From: an uncultured delta proteobacterium
GTDB lineage: Bacteria; Desulfobacterota; Desulfomonilia; Desulfomonilales; Desulfomonilaceae
Assembly: GCA_963789265.1 (NCBI GenBank)
Contig: CAWBKB010000006.1
Span: forward strand, 352,001-416,000
Direction: 5' to 3'
Length of the DNA stretch: 64,000 nt
The notes beneath the pieces are model-generated. The model was not told where the DNA came from. It saw only the letters and a list, made by a program, of their open reading frames with translations, and did no database searches. Position 1 is the stretch's first letter. Each line of letters opens with the position of its first letter. This document shows, piece by piece, positions 10,701 through 20,222 of the stretch. The position numbers and the translations under genes are program-made.

Positions 10701-11320
10701 GTCTGCTCGATGCGTACCGGGTAAGGATAAAACGGAGGGTACAAGTCGATTATGAATCCCCGCACCGAAAAGTCGCCCGCGTCCTCAACCAGCGGTGAAC
10801 GTGAGTATCCGGCGGCAACCAACCTTTCCAGCAGAGACTCTCGGTCCAGATCTTGCCCCAAAGACAGGCTGAAGCCGGCTCGTTGAAACTCGGCTTTGGG
10901 CAAGACTTTGCGGACAATAGCATCCAGACCGACTGCCAGCACGCGCGGCGGCTTCCCTTCGGAAAGACGAAACAGCCCTGCCATGCGACTGATCCAAACA
11001 TCTGTTTCGATGCCTCCGAAAGAGTAGGGGAGAACCTCTGAAGACGGATATCGAATAAGCTCGTCCTGGAGGGCGCGCCTGGCGACTTCCTCTTCGCCGA
11101 GATAAGAACGTAAGTCTGTGGCAGCCTCCGAAGCGGTTTCGCCGTCCGGGCTTACCAGGACAATCGTCCGGGCTCCCCTCTCGACTGCGGCTGCTATCAG
11201 AAATGTCGGTGCTGAGCCTCCCAAACCATAGACCCCTCCATTTTCCGTGGAATCAGCGAGAAAACGCACGGCTTCTTCAAAAGGGTTGGAGACTATATGT
11301 GTCAACGAAGCGACTTTCAT
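7748..11320 (-). CDS. mfd: Transcription-repair coupling factor
   Basis: GDVGYGKTEVA, DEEQRFGV, TATPIPRTL, QLRGRVGRS, DMEIRGAGN. Confidence 0.98.
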   Translation of the reverse strand: MKVASLTHIVSNPFEEAVRFLADSTENGGVYGLGGSAPTFLIAAAVERGARTIVLVSPDGETASEAATDLRSYLGEEEVARRALQDELIRYPSSEVLPYSFGGIETDVWISRMAGLFRLSEGKPPRVLAVGLDAIVRKVLPKAEFQRAGFSLSLGQDLDRESLLERLVAAGYSRSPLVEDAGDFSVRGFIIDLYPPFYPYPVRIEQTGDRIESIRFFDPSNQRSREAVSEVQVGPVHALIPDEKALGAGLQRLLDVCEEQGVEKRVRQRLVDDFRHSVRFPGAECYLPYFFPNLQSLFDYLPRDSVLMLPDADTLGRAFEDLQEEIFRGWESATQEGLPVPRPEELYLSPDEFVREVEKFRTVVVSPLEIENPHLRAFRINCQTNDDIRRDLLGTKTYDTSMARLVKRLESWRDDGNEVLLVSHTQGQAHRLLKLLEPYSLNLDFRSGLFERSNLDSTPIPGIRLCIGALSAGFRMQEARRIIVTEEEIFGARVRIPPKRRARGTLLSSLTDLVEGEPVVHEDYGIGIFRGLASKEFDGIPGEVMVIEYSGGDLLYHPVERLQVIQKYISGSEEPPRIDRLGGKGWSKTKAKVKKSIREMARELLEIFAKRQVSARRPYSAMDEVFAAFEASFEFEETPDQTKAISDVMEAMDQDKPMDRLVCGDVGYGKTEVALRAAFRVMMDGKQVAVLVPTTVLAQQHYDTFTRRLNGYPFHVGVPSRFRSPAEQKETLKRLAAGKVDLMIGTHRLLQKDVEFKDLGLLVVDEEQRFGVSHKERIKKFKAHVDVLTLTATPIPRTLNLSLTGIRDLSVIETPPANRQSIRTHVMRQSDEVIREALVREISRGGQAFYIHNRVRTIYKRSAALQKLVPEGRFGVAHGQMADRELERVMLEFITGGINILVCTSIIESGLDIPRANTIIIERADAFGLADLYQLRGRVGRSHMRAYAYLLTPPETLMTADAIKRLAVIQEYSNLGQGFRIAMRDMEIRGAGNILGTSQSGHVAQVGYEMYLELLQQAIQEIKGEEPAPRIDPDIRLKLEAFIPEDYAPDPQQRMNLYKRLSRASEPAEIDEIEEEIVDLYGQTPLQVAQLMQVMRIRLAMKEVRILRLDYNEQDLVFTFDTETRVNPQTLISWSQNDGRIRLLPGDRLAFRVGKVDPMSRIKKCLALLERLRESINGKRSGAESVNPSL

Positions 11321-11560
11321 AAACTCGAATTCTTTCGACTCTCAGGATTCGAGTCGGTTCCGATATACCGGTCCCCGTTGGGTAAAAGTTCGGGGAGAAC
11401 GGATGAATCTTTGTCAAAGGACAACAGGGTAATTTAGTTCACAGCGATCCAATTTGGCAATAGTTGCGTGAACCCACAAACGATGAATGGCGTCGGATTG
11501 ATCCCATTGACTTGAGCGGTGCGATCAGTTATCCATTTGACAAAACTCCGAGGTGAAACT

Positions 11561-12268
11561 GTGGCTGAGAAGAAGCTCTCGCGCAAGGAACTCCTTAAGG
11601 AACCTGATGAATTCCTTACCATAACCGGCAAAGTGATTGAATACACACGAGATTATCCGAAGACCGTCGCGGCGGGAATCGCTCTCGTGGTGATCGTCTT
11701 GTTGGCCGGGGCAGGCGTCTATTATTACTACAAGAACCGCGAGGCTAAGAGCCACGAACTCATCGAGCAAGTGTGGCGCGACTATGAGGTCGCCGTTCAA
11801 TCTCCGCGCCAACCGACTCCTGAGAAATTAGATCAACTTTTTGCTGAATTCAACGCTATGGCGAAGCAGTACAAGTCCCTTCCAGCCGGAGAGATCGCGC
11901 TACTATATAGTGGGCATGTGCTATATGCGAAGGGCGATTTCAAGGGAGCACTGCAACGGTATGAGGCGATGCAGTCCACCAATCTCGTGAAAAATGGTCT
12001 AGGTCCTCTCGTTCTCTACCATATTGCGATGTGTCGTTTTCACCTCAAGGAGTACGATCGGGCTGTAATGTTGTTCGATCAACTTTCGAAGGACATCAAT
12101 TCCCCATATCGGCGTGAGGCCTACGGCACGATCGCCAGGATCTACGAATTGATGGGCAAGAACAAAGAAGCCATTCAGGCATACCGGCAATATCTCAAGA
12201 TGTTTCCGGAAGCACCCGATGCTGCTTTTGTCAGAGCAAAAATAGCCGAAATCGCAGCACGGGCTTAG
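11561..12268 (+). CDS. Membrane-anchored TPR protein (YfgM-like)
   Basis: GTG start after GAGG; KKLSRKELLKEPDEF, single TM segment, TPR helices. Confidence 0.8.
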   Translation: MAEKKLSRKELLKEPDEFLTITGKVIEYTRDYPKTVAAGIALVVIVLLAGAGVYYYYKNREAKSHELIEQVWRDYEVAVQSPRQPTPEKLDQLFAEFNAMAKQYKSLPAGEIALLYSGHVLYAKGDFKGALQRYEAMQSTNLVKNGLGPLVLYHIAMCRFHLKEYDRAVMLFDQLSKDINSPYRREAYGTIARIYELMGKNKEAIQAYRQYLKMFPEAPDAAFVRAKIAEIAARA

Positions 12269-12328
12269 CATCCCGACAGCGGGAAATGCTTTGCCCTGTT
12301 CCTCGCAGCGTTGTGGCCGCGGGAATTC

Positions 12329-12550
12329 TCATTGTCGCTGAATTATCACATCCATTTCGGATACCCAGACTTCGAAAGAGGATTGTCCCAATTCTATCCG
12401 AAAGGCGCCTTGTGTCTCCTGAATCTCAGGGTCGAATGCACCTCGTGCCAGAAGCTCGTCCAGGATGGTCCTCACTTCGGCAAACTCAAGGTCTTCCACG
12501 AAAAATATATTGAACACGCGGTGCGCGTGCAAGAAAGGCATGGATTCCAT
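12329..12550 (-). CDS. Small hypothetical protein
   Basis: 73 aa ATG ORF with globular amphipathic composition filling the gap between the TPR gene and HU. Confidence 0.5.
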   Translation of the reverse strand: MESMPFLHAHRVFNIFFVEDLEFAEVRTILDELLARGAFDPEIQETQGAFRIELGQSSFEVWVSEMDVIIQRQ

Positions 12551-12643
12551 AATTCTATTCTCTTAAGGAAGAGAATAGACGCATCTGCAATCAGCGTCAA
12601 CACCGAGGGCGACGGTCTACGCGCATGAAAATGGCGATAGTGC

Positions 12644-12672
12644 TTGACATCCAAAATCATAGTTTGTATAAA
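12644..12672 (+). promoter_or_regulatory. Sigma70-type promoter for HU
   Basis: TTGACA-N17-TATAAA. Confidence 0.65.
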
Positions 12673-12734
12673 CGGCGGGGGGATTGTGTTTTAACTATTT
12701 ATGATTCAATAGAGTTGGTGAAAGGAGGAGTGAC

Positions 12735-13010
12735 ATGACAAAAGCGGAACTGGTATCGCGTATCGCCGAGGAGGCGGGAATTTCGAAGAAGGCCGCTGCA
12801 GCGGCATTAGCTTCGGTGGTATCCGCGATTCATGAAGTGCTGAAGAAAGCCCAGAAGATTCGGGTCACGGATCTGGGTAGTTTCAGCGTAGTGAAACGTC
12901 AGGCGCGTCAGGGCGTCAATCCGAGAACTGGTAAGCCGATCAAGATACCTGCCACCAAGGCCCCCAAGTTCACTGCGGCCAAAGCTTTGAAAGATGCCGT
13001 CAAGAAGTAG
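12735..13010 (+). CDS. hup: HU family DNA-binding protein
   Basis: MTKAELV...GSF...RQGVNPRTGKPIKIPATKAPKF; RBS AGGAGG. Confidence 0.95.
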   Translation: MTKAELVSRIAEEAGISKKAAAAALASVVSAIHEVLKKAQKIRVTDLGSFSVVKRQARQGVNPRTGKPIKIPATKAPKFTAAKALKDAVKK

Positions 13011-13244
13011 CTGAACAATGGGCTGCGGGCATGATAGTGTCTGAGTTTATCCTCATTGCATGAATTGGGGACGTGGACATCGCTTCGGACGGGTCGGTAG
13101 CCGTGGACATGCCGGTGAACAGGGTTTACAAATGCAAAAGAGATAAGCGCAGAATCGGCTTTTCCAATACAGTGAGTGGACTTATTAAGATAAGGCTGAA
13201 CGAATAGGTGAATTCTCTGCGAAGAGAAGCTTGACCGTTCATAC

Positions 13245-13281
13245 AAAAAAGGGGTCACGCGAAGAGGGCTGCCCCTTTTTT
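13245..13281. terminator. Bidirectional intrinsic terminator
   Basis: AAAAAAGGGG...CCCCTTTTTT. Confidence 0.7.
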
Positions 13282-13299
13282 CGTTCCTCTGGTGTATTC

Positions 13300-13461
13300 G
13301 TGAGAAAGTTACTTCTAATATTGCTCTCAGTGTTGCCGTTCTTAGGCTCCTGTGCCAGCCTTCTGGACGGCCATTATGTTACAAAACAAGGGCGAGATAA
13401 TCCATTCACACCGCAACAAGATAAGTACGAAGCTCCAAGAGACCCAACCGCAAGATATTAA
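13300..13461 (+). CDS. Small putative lipoprotein
   Basis: GTG start; MRKLLLILLSVLPFLGSC signal peptide and lipobox. Confidence 0.55.
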   Translation: MRKLLLILLSVLPFLGSCASLLDGHYVTKQGRDNPFTPQQDKYEAPRDPTARY

Positions 13462-13624
13462 GAGTACTCGCCAAGAATTTTAGCAATTACACTAAAGTAG
13501 TATCCATTTACTTAAGCGGGAATCTGCAGCATTGACAATCTTTTCCCTGGCTATAGCAAGTGAATGCCTGCCTAAAGGAGGCCTCATACCATTTCTGGTT
13601 CAAAAGAATGATTAAGGACGTCTT

Positions 13625-13680
13625 GGCCGGCAGGGACGCCGGCCCTACCAAGCTGTAGCGACGGGCCTCCGTGCCCGTCG
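13625..13680. repeat. GTAG-type REP pair
   Basis: GGCCGGC-AGGGAC-GCCGGCC-CTAC followed by GTAG-CGACGGGC...GCCCGTCG. Confidence 0.75.
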
Positions 13681-13771
13681 TCTTACATGTATGAAAGCGC
13701 ATTGGTCTCAGGGACTCACCCAAGCCGGACGGCCGCAGCACAGATCGTAATGACGTACAGGACCGGAAGGA

Positions 13772-14326
13772 TCAACGAGGAATCGTCGCTCCTTTATCCG
13801 GCGGCTGAACGGGGTTACGAGGCGGTCCCATGTCTTTCTCCGGGATGCCGCCGGGACATCGGGAAGGTTGGAGCAAGGAATGGAGTTGTTTGTGAAAGTC
13901 CCTGAAAAAAAGCACTAGACGCGCGCGCTGGCGTACGGTGATAACCTTTGAGACATCGTCATACTGTTGAAAACGTAGCCCTTCTAACTGCTTCCTCTTG
14001 TTACGAATGTCGTCTAGAATCCGCGCCAACTCTTCGTCGTTCGGGGACTTGGAGGCATCGTTTAACTGCTTCCTCAGTGCCTCAACATCCTGCGACAGAT
14101 CCTTTCGCAACACTTTCCGCTCGGAGAGAAATTTGTGACGTATTGCGAGAATCTTGTCCGCAGTGGCTTGGTCCAGGTCAAGGGCTTCAATCATCTTCCA
14201 CATGGTCAGGATCTCTATTCTGTCCTGTACCTTGTCCCCCATCGCACCAGGCCGCAGGGCAAATACACTGGTAGCCGCAACGAGGATCACTCCCGCGGCA
14301 ATGAACGCGGCGATTATCCTAGACAT
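13772..14326 (-). CDS. Periplasmic Spy/CpxP/heavy-metal-resistance-like helical protein
   Basis: Signal peptide, EALDLD...ITVRQRARLVLF pattern; third gene of the ECF operon. Confidence 0.7.
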   Translation of the reverse strand: MSRIIAAFIAAGVILVAATSVFALRPGAMGDKVQDRIEILTMWKMIEALDLDQATADKILAIRHKFLSERKVLRKDLSQDVEALRKQLNDASKSPNDEELARILDDIRNKRKQLEGLRFQQYDDVSKVITVRQRARLVLFFRDFHKQLHSLLQPSRCPGGIPEKDMGPPRNPVQPPDKGATIPR

Positions 14327-14386
14327 TTTTCTTCCTTCTCGCTCTGTCGAACTTTCCGGCCGGACTGAAACGCTTGCCGCTTCTCG

Positions 14387-14938
14387 TCAAAGATACAACG
14401 GCCCGGGATCATCCTCCACATCAAGCCACTGTAGGTCCTTATCGTCAAGCGATGCACCTCGCGTGTCGATCCTTCCGAGCATCTGACCGCCGGAGAACGA
14501 AACGACCGGGTACTCCTCCGATACCGGTCCATAAACTTGCTGGAGTTCCTGAATCAGATCGGGCGACATTACGCGCCGATCCGCAATCGGTCTACTCACA
14601 GGTTGCAGGAATGACACATGAATAATAATCAATGCCATGACTGCGGCAACAAGCACACCCGCGGCCTTCCCCCAAGAAAACCATGCAGTCTTCAGCTCTT
14701 TCTCTTTCAGCCTTGCATCCAGGGACTGGTAGTAGAGTTTCCAGAAATCCTCCTCCGGCTCTTCAGGGACGACAGAGGCAATTGCAGAAAACAGCGCGAA
14801 AGTATCTTCTTTTACCTGTCTGCAATGCGCGCACAGGCGCAGGTGGTTTTCAAGACGTTCCTGCTGTGGAGGACCCAGGCCCTCGTCCAACTCGGCTACA
14901 ATCAGTCTTTCTGCTTCATTACACTCTAGCGTTTTCAT
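14387..14938 (-). CDS. zf-HC2 anti-sigma factor
   Basis: C...HLRLCAHC zinc motif plus TM helix; overlaps the ECF stop codon. Confidence 0.88.
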   Translation of the reverse strand: MKTLECNEAERLIVAELDEGLGPPQQERLENHLRLCAHCRQVKEDTFALFSAIASVVPEEPEEDFWKLYYQSLDARLKEKELKTAWFSWGKAAGVLVAAVMALIIIHVSFLQPVSRPIADRRVMSPDLIQELQQVYGPVSEEYPVVSFSGGQMLGRIDTRGASLDDKDLQWLDVEDDPGPLYL

Positions 14939-15462
14939 TTTGAACCCAGCTTTTCTTTAAGAGCTTTGATACCCTGAAAGAAGTTGCCCCGTGCCCCGCC
15001 CTCGGTCCCCCCGAGAAGCCTGGCTATTTCTTTATAATCCAATTCCTCATAAATCCTCAATTGAACTGTCAGGCGCTGCTTTTCCGGGAGTCTCTCCAAT
15101 GCCTTTCTCATTCTTTCAAGATTTCGCGCCTTGTCCAACCGTTCCCCTGCGGGCTCTTTAGGATCCGCCAATTGCTCGAGTGCATCCGGAACCAGCGTAG
15201 CTTTACGTTTTCTCAGATGGTCCCTCAATGTATTCAAGGCAATGCTATAAAGCCACGTTTTGATCGAGGACACCATCATGAATTTTGGCAGACCTTCGAA
15301 AGCCTTCAGAAAGGTCATCTGAGATATGTCTTTTGCCTCCTCCGGGTCTCCGACAATCCGCAGGATCATAATCGTGAGAGGCTTCGAATACCTACTCACG
15401 AGTTCGGAAAAAACCTCCTTGTTACCTTTTCGGAACTCCCTGAGCAGGTCCGCATCGTTCAT
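14935..15462 (-). CDS. ECF RNA polymerase sigma factor
   Basis: AKDISQMTFLKAF, KTWLYSIALN, LPEKQR...YKEIARLL. Confidence 0.92.
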   Translation of the reverse strand: MNDADLLREFRKGNKEVFSELVSRYSKPLTIMILRIVGDPEEAKDISQMTFLKAFEGLPKFMMVSSIKTWLYSIALNTLRDHLRKRKATLVPDALEQLADPKEPAGERLDKARNLERMRKALERLPEKQRLTVQLRIYEELDYKEIARLLGGTEGGARGNFFQGIKALKEKLGSK

Positions 15463-15591
15463 TCGGTCTTCCCGTTTCTAATATATTGGACGCAAATACG
15501 GCGGCAATGTTATACGGTAGGAGAAAAAATCGGAAACACTATTAGTTTTTTTTACGTACATGCAGGGCAAAAAAATTCCTGACGCATTTTA

Positions 15592-15754
15592 TACCCATTG
15601 CCAAAAGTTCTGTCCGATTGGAGATAGCCTGACACCGTCATTCCGGCGGAGGCCGGAATCCAGTCTTTTCAATCCCGCGTTCCTCGCGGGACTGGACCCT
15701 GGCTTTCGCCGGGGTGACGGGTGGTGAACAGGTCATTACTTTTGGCAATAGCTA
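15592..15754. mobile_element. MITE with IS630-like ends and palindromic cargo
   Basis: TACCCATTGCCAAAAGT / ACTTTTGGCAATAGCTA inverted ends, TA on both flanks; contains a GTCATTCCGGC...GGGGTGAC repeat. Confidence 0.65.
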
Positions 15755-15859
15755 TAATCCTCAAGCTCCCAGTTCGCGGCACCGGGCAGACCACAAAGGC
15801 GCAAACAACAACCCTTGCAAATTGCCTGCTCGGTGCTCTGGGAAGACGGTTCGGTTTCG

Positions 15860-16705
15860 TTACGCGGCAGCCAATTGTGAACGCAGATAATTACCCTTGA
15901 GTTTCTCCAGGGCTGATCTCTCTATCTGGCGGGCCCGTTCCCTGGTTATCCCAAAATGCTTACCCAGTTCCTTCAAGGTTACCGGTTCCTCGGAGAGTAT
16001 TCGTTTTTCCACGATGTACTTTTCTCGCGGATTCAAACTTTCCAAAGCGCGGTCCGCCCATTCCCTGAGGTCCTCCCGCTCTTGAAGTTCCGAAAGAATC
16101 TCTTCCTGATCAGGCGTGTTGTCCTTTAAGGTGTCCGCGAACGAATCCCGGGAACGATCGCCGATCAAATCATCGAGCGAAAGATCATGCGCCTTCAAGC
16201 GGGCTGCCATATCTATTACTTCGTTCTCGGTCACGTTGATCCTCAATGCCAATTTCGCCACGTTTTCTTGCCGATCGTCCGGATCAAGTGCCTCCGGAAG
16301 GTCGGAAATCCTATAGAAGAGCTTACGCTGAGCTTGGGTTGTTCCTATTTTTACCAAGGACCATGAGCGGATAATATAATTCTGGATATACGCCCTGATC
16401 CACCAGATCGCGTAAGATATGAGCCTGTATCCTTTGTCCGGATCGTACCTCTCCACAGCCTTCATAAGGCCGATATTCCCCTCTTGAATCAGATCCATCA
16501 ACCTCACCCCGTAATTGCGGTACCCAAGAGCCACCTTGATTACGAACCTCAAGTTCGATGTGATAAGGTTCTGCCCCGCTTCTAAATCATCGTGGTCCCT
16601 ATAGCTATAAGCCAACTCCGTTTCTTGTTTTCGAGTCAAAACAGGATAGTGCTCTATTTGAGACAAATATATCTTCAGTCCGTCCGTTTCGATGGGATAA
16701 TTCAT
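15860..16705 (-). CDS. rpoH: RNA polymerase sigma-32 factor
   Basis: RpoH box SWSLVKIGTTQAQRKLFY; ATG at 16705 follows GGAGG. Confidence 0.92.
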   Translation of the reverse strand: MNYPIETDGLKIYLSQIEHYPVLTRKQETELAYSYRDHDDLEAGQNLITSNLRFVIKVALGYRNYGVRLMDLIQEGNIGLMKAVERYDPDKGYRLISYAIWWIRAYIQNYIIRSWSLVKIGTTQAQRKLFYRISDLPEALDPDDRQENVAKLALRINVTENEVIDMAARLKAHDLSLDDLIGDRSRDSFADTLKDNTPDQEEILSELQEREDLREWADRALESLNPREKYIVEKRILSEEPVTLKELGKHFGITRERARQIERSALEKLKGNYLRSQLAAA

Positions 16706-16965
16706 CCTTCCACCTCCCGGATTGTTTACCGAGTGTCTGTACATACAATTGGATGCGGGGGAGAGAAAAAAGTTTCATTTCCCGCCTCACGTACAGCCGC
16801 CAGGCTAGGCTGTACGACTTCCGGCTGCTTTTAATGCTCCCCCCGGTTCAGGATTTTTTGTCGGTCACTGATATTACTTGTTGCGATGATGGGATATTAT
16901 AGCGATAATAGATAGATATGCACTCTTGTGCATAGGTTCGGTCTCATATTTCGGTACCATCGCGG

Positions 16966-17160
16966 TCACTCTCGCTCACGCGGGAATCCATTGCAAGGGC
17001 ACCTTTCGTGTACGCCCGTAAGCCGGCCCAGGATGTGGTGATCCCCGCTAACGCGGGGAACAGCATCATTTGGCTCACGGGATACAAGTGGCTGAATAAG
17101 GAACAGTGGGGCAGGCATCTTGCCTGCCTTGGTGACAGGCAAGATGCCTGTCCTACCTGC
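16966..17160. repeat. Cluster of degenerate palindromic repeats
   Basis: GTCACTCTCGCTCACGCGGGAATCCA; ATCCCCGC-TAAC-GCGGGGA; GTGGGGCAGGCATCTTGCCTGCC...GACAGGCAAGATGCCTGTCCTAC. Confidence 0.7.
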
Positions 17161-17265
17161 CTGAGCGATGCGGCTCATCCCGCAAGATGCGGAATTCACC
17201 ATATCTTACACGGGCCAAGCCGAACGAAGTGTCCAGAATTGTTGCTCTAACACCGCTTATCATTA

Positions 17266-17721
17266 TTACGTGACTTTAGGGGGCAATTTAACGCGCCTAT
17301 GCTTCTTCTTTTGGTACTTCTTCAAGTGCACAGCGGATTTCTTTTTCTTAATCGGTTTCTTCTCTATAGCAGGTTTTTCTTCTTTTAGAGCGGCTTTTCC
17401 CGGTCCGGGCTCTTTATTTAGCTCCGGGGCAGCCTCTCCCTGTTTCACGGCCTCCTCGGAAACCTCGGCAGGTGTCGGACCAAACTGCCCCATCATGTCT
17501 TTTATGCCGACAACGATCTTATCGAGGACCATTGCCACCTGTGGCAGTAAAAGAGCTTCTGAGAGTTTATTCAGAGGATCGGGGATAATTCCCCGCGCTA
17601 TCAACGGGGAGCAGTTGCACTCCTCTTTGCCCACCACGTACGTACCCGCAGAATACGAACGGTCGACGCAGGCGGTGGCGAGAGCAATAATCACCACTGC
17701 AGCGATTGAAAAGGATCGCAT
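17266..17721 (-). CDS. Hypothetical exported protein with a Lys-rich tail
   Basis: RBS AGGAG; hydrophobic N-terminus (IIALATAC); KKPIKKKK tail. Confidence 0.7.
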   Translation of the reverse strand: MRSFSIAAVVIIALATACVDRSYSAGTYVVGKEECNCSPLIARGIIPDPLNKLSEALLLPQVAMVLDKIVVGIKDMMGQFGPTPAEVSEEAVKQGEAAPELNKEPGPGKAALKEEKPAIEKKPIKKKKSAVHLKKYQKKKHRRVKLPPKVT

Positions 17722-17855
17722 CTCTCTTCTCCTGCATGGAATGGCTTTATTTTATTATATGGAAATGACGAAAAAAATCAAGAACTTCATTTTTGAGGCG
17801 CTCTGCATGCACCCTAATTGGACTGAGAGCCGGCGGACTTGATGCAATTTCCTAA

Positions 17856-18833
17856 TCAAAAGGTATAGGTCGCGCTAATACCTATCGCGACTAGATTATG
17901 CCACGAATCCATTGAAAATCGAGTCGATGCTCCCCCCCTCTGCGACGTGGCCGGCCCCTGCAACGTGGCCCCACCTGAGAGTTCCATGTGGTCATACTTT
18001 ACAAAAATCCCCAGATACGCATCTTTACTAACAGGCCTGGACCAGCCGAAAAATGATTCAAACCAGAAACCGGTGACGGCTTGCCCGTCGACCGTCGTGA
18101 TTGAGCCCGCTAAGTCCTGTGCCGCGTCCACCCGCGCCAAAGTGAGTGGCGAGGCCAGGATATCAAGCCTCACGACCGATCCGACAAAATGGCTGTGAGC
18201 GTAATAGATACCCAGGTACGGAATGTGTACGTGGATGTGATCGTGAAACGATCCGGTGGACGCCACCAGAGCGGACTTGTAGTCAAAGTTTTCAAATCGG
18301 TAGCCTGCGGTGAGTCCCGCTGAATATGGAGTCCCACCTAGTCCGATATGATAAATAGCCGCGACGTCGGCTTCGAAGAACTGAGCCAGCGTATCCCATG
18401 ATCGACGGTTCCCTTCCAGCAGGAAATCACTTCGTAATGATTGAGGGACGTTGATCCACGCCTGGGCTCGCAACGCGAGATCGTGCGAAACAAATGTTTC
18501 TCCCTGAAGACCGAAAAGCAGGCCGTTAACGTTCAACTCTTTCTTTCCGGGAGCAATGTTGCCGTTATCGCCATCCCTGAACTTGATCTCATTGACACCC
18601 CACAGGTATCCGAAGCGGCCCTCGATGAGCGACTTCTTCGGGCGCTCATGCCAGAGAATCGGCGGCGGGCCGGGGCATGGCACGAATTCCGCGGCCGAGA
18701 CCGCATCTGAAAAGGCTGAGAGCACAACAACGAGAAGGACAATGATTACCGCGAAGTTCAGTCTCGACTTTCCGACCCTGTCCGACACCGACTTGAAGAG
18801 AAATTCGTACGAAGGGGGCGTAGGCGTGGGCAT
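17856..18833 (-). CDS. Putative outer-membrane beta-barrel protein (start uncertain)
   Basis: Signal-like hydrophobic stretch, alternating beta-strands, C-terminal SATYTF beta-signal. Confidence 0.7.
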   Translation of the reverse strand: MPTPTPPSYEFLFKSVSDRVGKSRLNFAVIIVLLVVVLSAFSDAVSAAEFVPCPGPPPILWHERPKKSLIEGRFGYLWGVNEIKFRDGDNGNIAPGKKELNVNGLLFGLQGETFVSHDLALRAQAWINVPQSLRSDFLLEGNRRSWDTLAQFFEADVAAIYHIGLGGTPYSAGLTAGYRFENFDYKSALVASTGSFHDHIHVHIPYLGIYYAHSHFVGSVVRLDILASPLTLARVDAAQDLAGSITTVDGQAVTGFWFESFFGWSRPVSKDAYLGIFVKYDHMELSGGATLQGPATSQRGGASTRFSMDSWHNLVAIGISATYTF

Positions 18834-19102
18834 CCAGATCTCATCAGGGGTCCCTATCGAATGGGGTTTATATGGATCCTGTATTTTGACGCTTACGCGG
18901 CTTATGAGTGCAGTGTGAGCGAGTACTGACAAGAGCTTTACATCCCGGGTTTCAAGAAACCGCCGTGACCTGTTGATAGTCAGTCATGTGAAGATACGTG
19001 CAGTAATCGGACCGGCTACTATTTATCGGAACTAACTAGAATTGTCAAGCATTAAAAGCACTTGTGCGAAACCATTCGCTTATGCGGGGGATCTTCTGCA
19101 CC

Positions 19103-19470
<368 letters not shown>

Positions 19471-19644
19471 TCTTCCTTCGGGATGTTGTCCCCGCTTCCG
19501 TGGTTAAACCTCGGCCTCATGATATCTTTGTAGGAAGATGGAATGAAATGTGACAGAAGAAGGTTCGCATTCCTCCCCCAGCCAAGAACAGGTGAGTCTG
19601 ATCACAATGTGACCATACACTCACGCGCGGGCCTTCCTGCCCTT

Positions 19645-19725
19645 TGTCATTGCGAGGAGTGAAACGACGAAGCAATCTAAGCGGCGTTTAAGGCAAGAGA
19701 TTGCTTCGCTTCGCTCGCAATGACA
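19645..19725. repeat. TGTCATTGCGAG...CTCGCAATGACA palindromic element (intact reference copy)
   Basis: Perfect 12-bp inverted ends; internal AAGCAATCT/AGATTGCTT. Confidence 0.9.
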
Positions 19726-19892
19726 GTCTTTTTCTCGTGCGCAAGTGAAAGGTTACAACACAACTCTCCGGATTTCCGTTGCAGCGGTAAAGCCCGTCCC
19801 CCGAGCAAGCAAGCTTTCAGATCATGTCCGTGTGATAGGTTTGCAGTTTACCACCCCTTTTAACCCGAGGCCATTAAAAAAGGGAAAGAGAT

Positions 19893-20060
19893 GTAACCAT
19901 TCATTCGCGTGCGGGAACGGACATTCGCGAGAAACTGTCATTGCGAGGAGTGCAACGACGAAGCAATCTCCAGTGGCGGTGCTTGTGAGATTGCCACGGG
20001 CTGTCGCCCTCGCAATGACATGCTTCGCAAGCTCTCGCCCCTGCGTAAGTGAATACTTAC
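19893..20060. mobile_element. MITE with IS66-like GTAA ends
   Basis: GTAACCATTCA...TGAATACTTAC; 8-bp flanks AAAGAGAT/AAAGAGTT; cargo is the TGTCATTGCGAG element at 19936-20020. Confidence 0.7.
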
Positions 20061-20222
20061 AAAGAGTTGGACACTCCCATAGGCGTTAAAGTAGAGTTGG
20101 CTGCCTGGTCTTGAGCACTTCAGATGACTGACAGGCCTTCAAAGTCCCCCTTTGGTAAAGGGGCATTTTCAATTGTTTTCCCAAAATCCCGTCCGACCCG
20201 CGTCCCGATCCGCCCGATCACT

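Noticed and set aside
17041..17060. ATCCCCGC-TAAC-GCGGGGA as a mini-hairpin copy
   Set aside because: The stem differs and it fits the separate GTCAT(T/C)CCCGC...GCGGG(A/G)ATCCA repeat family.
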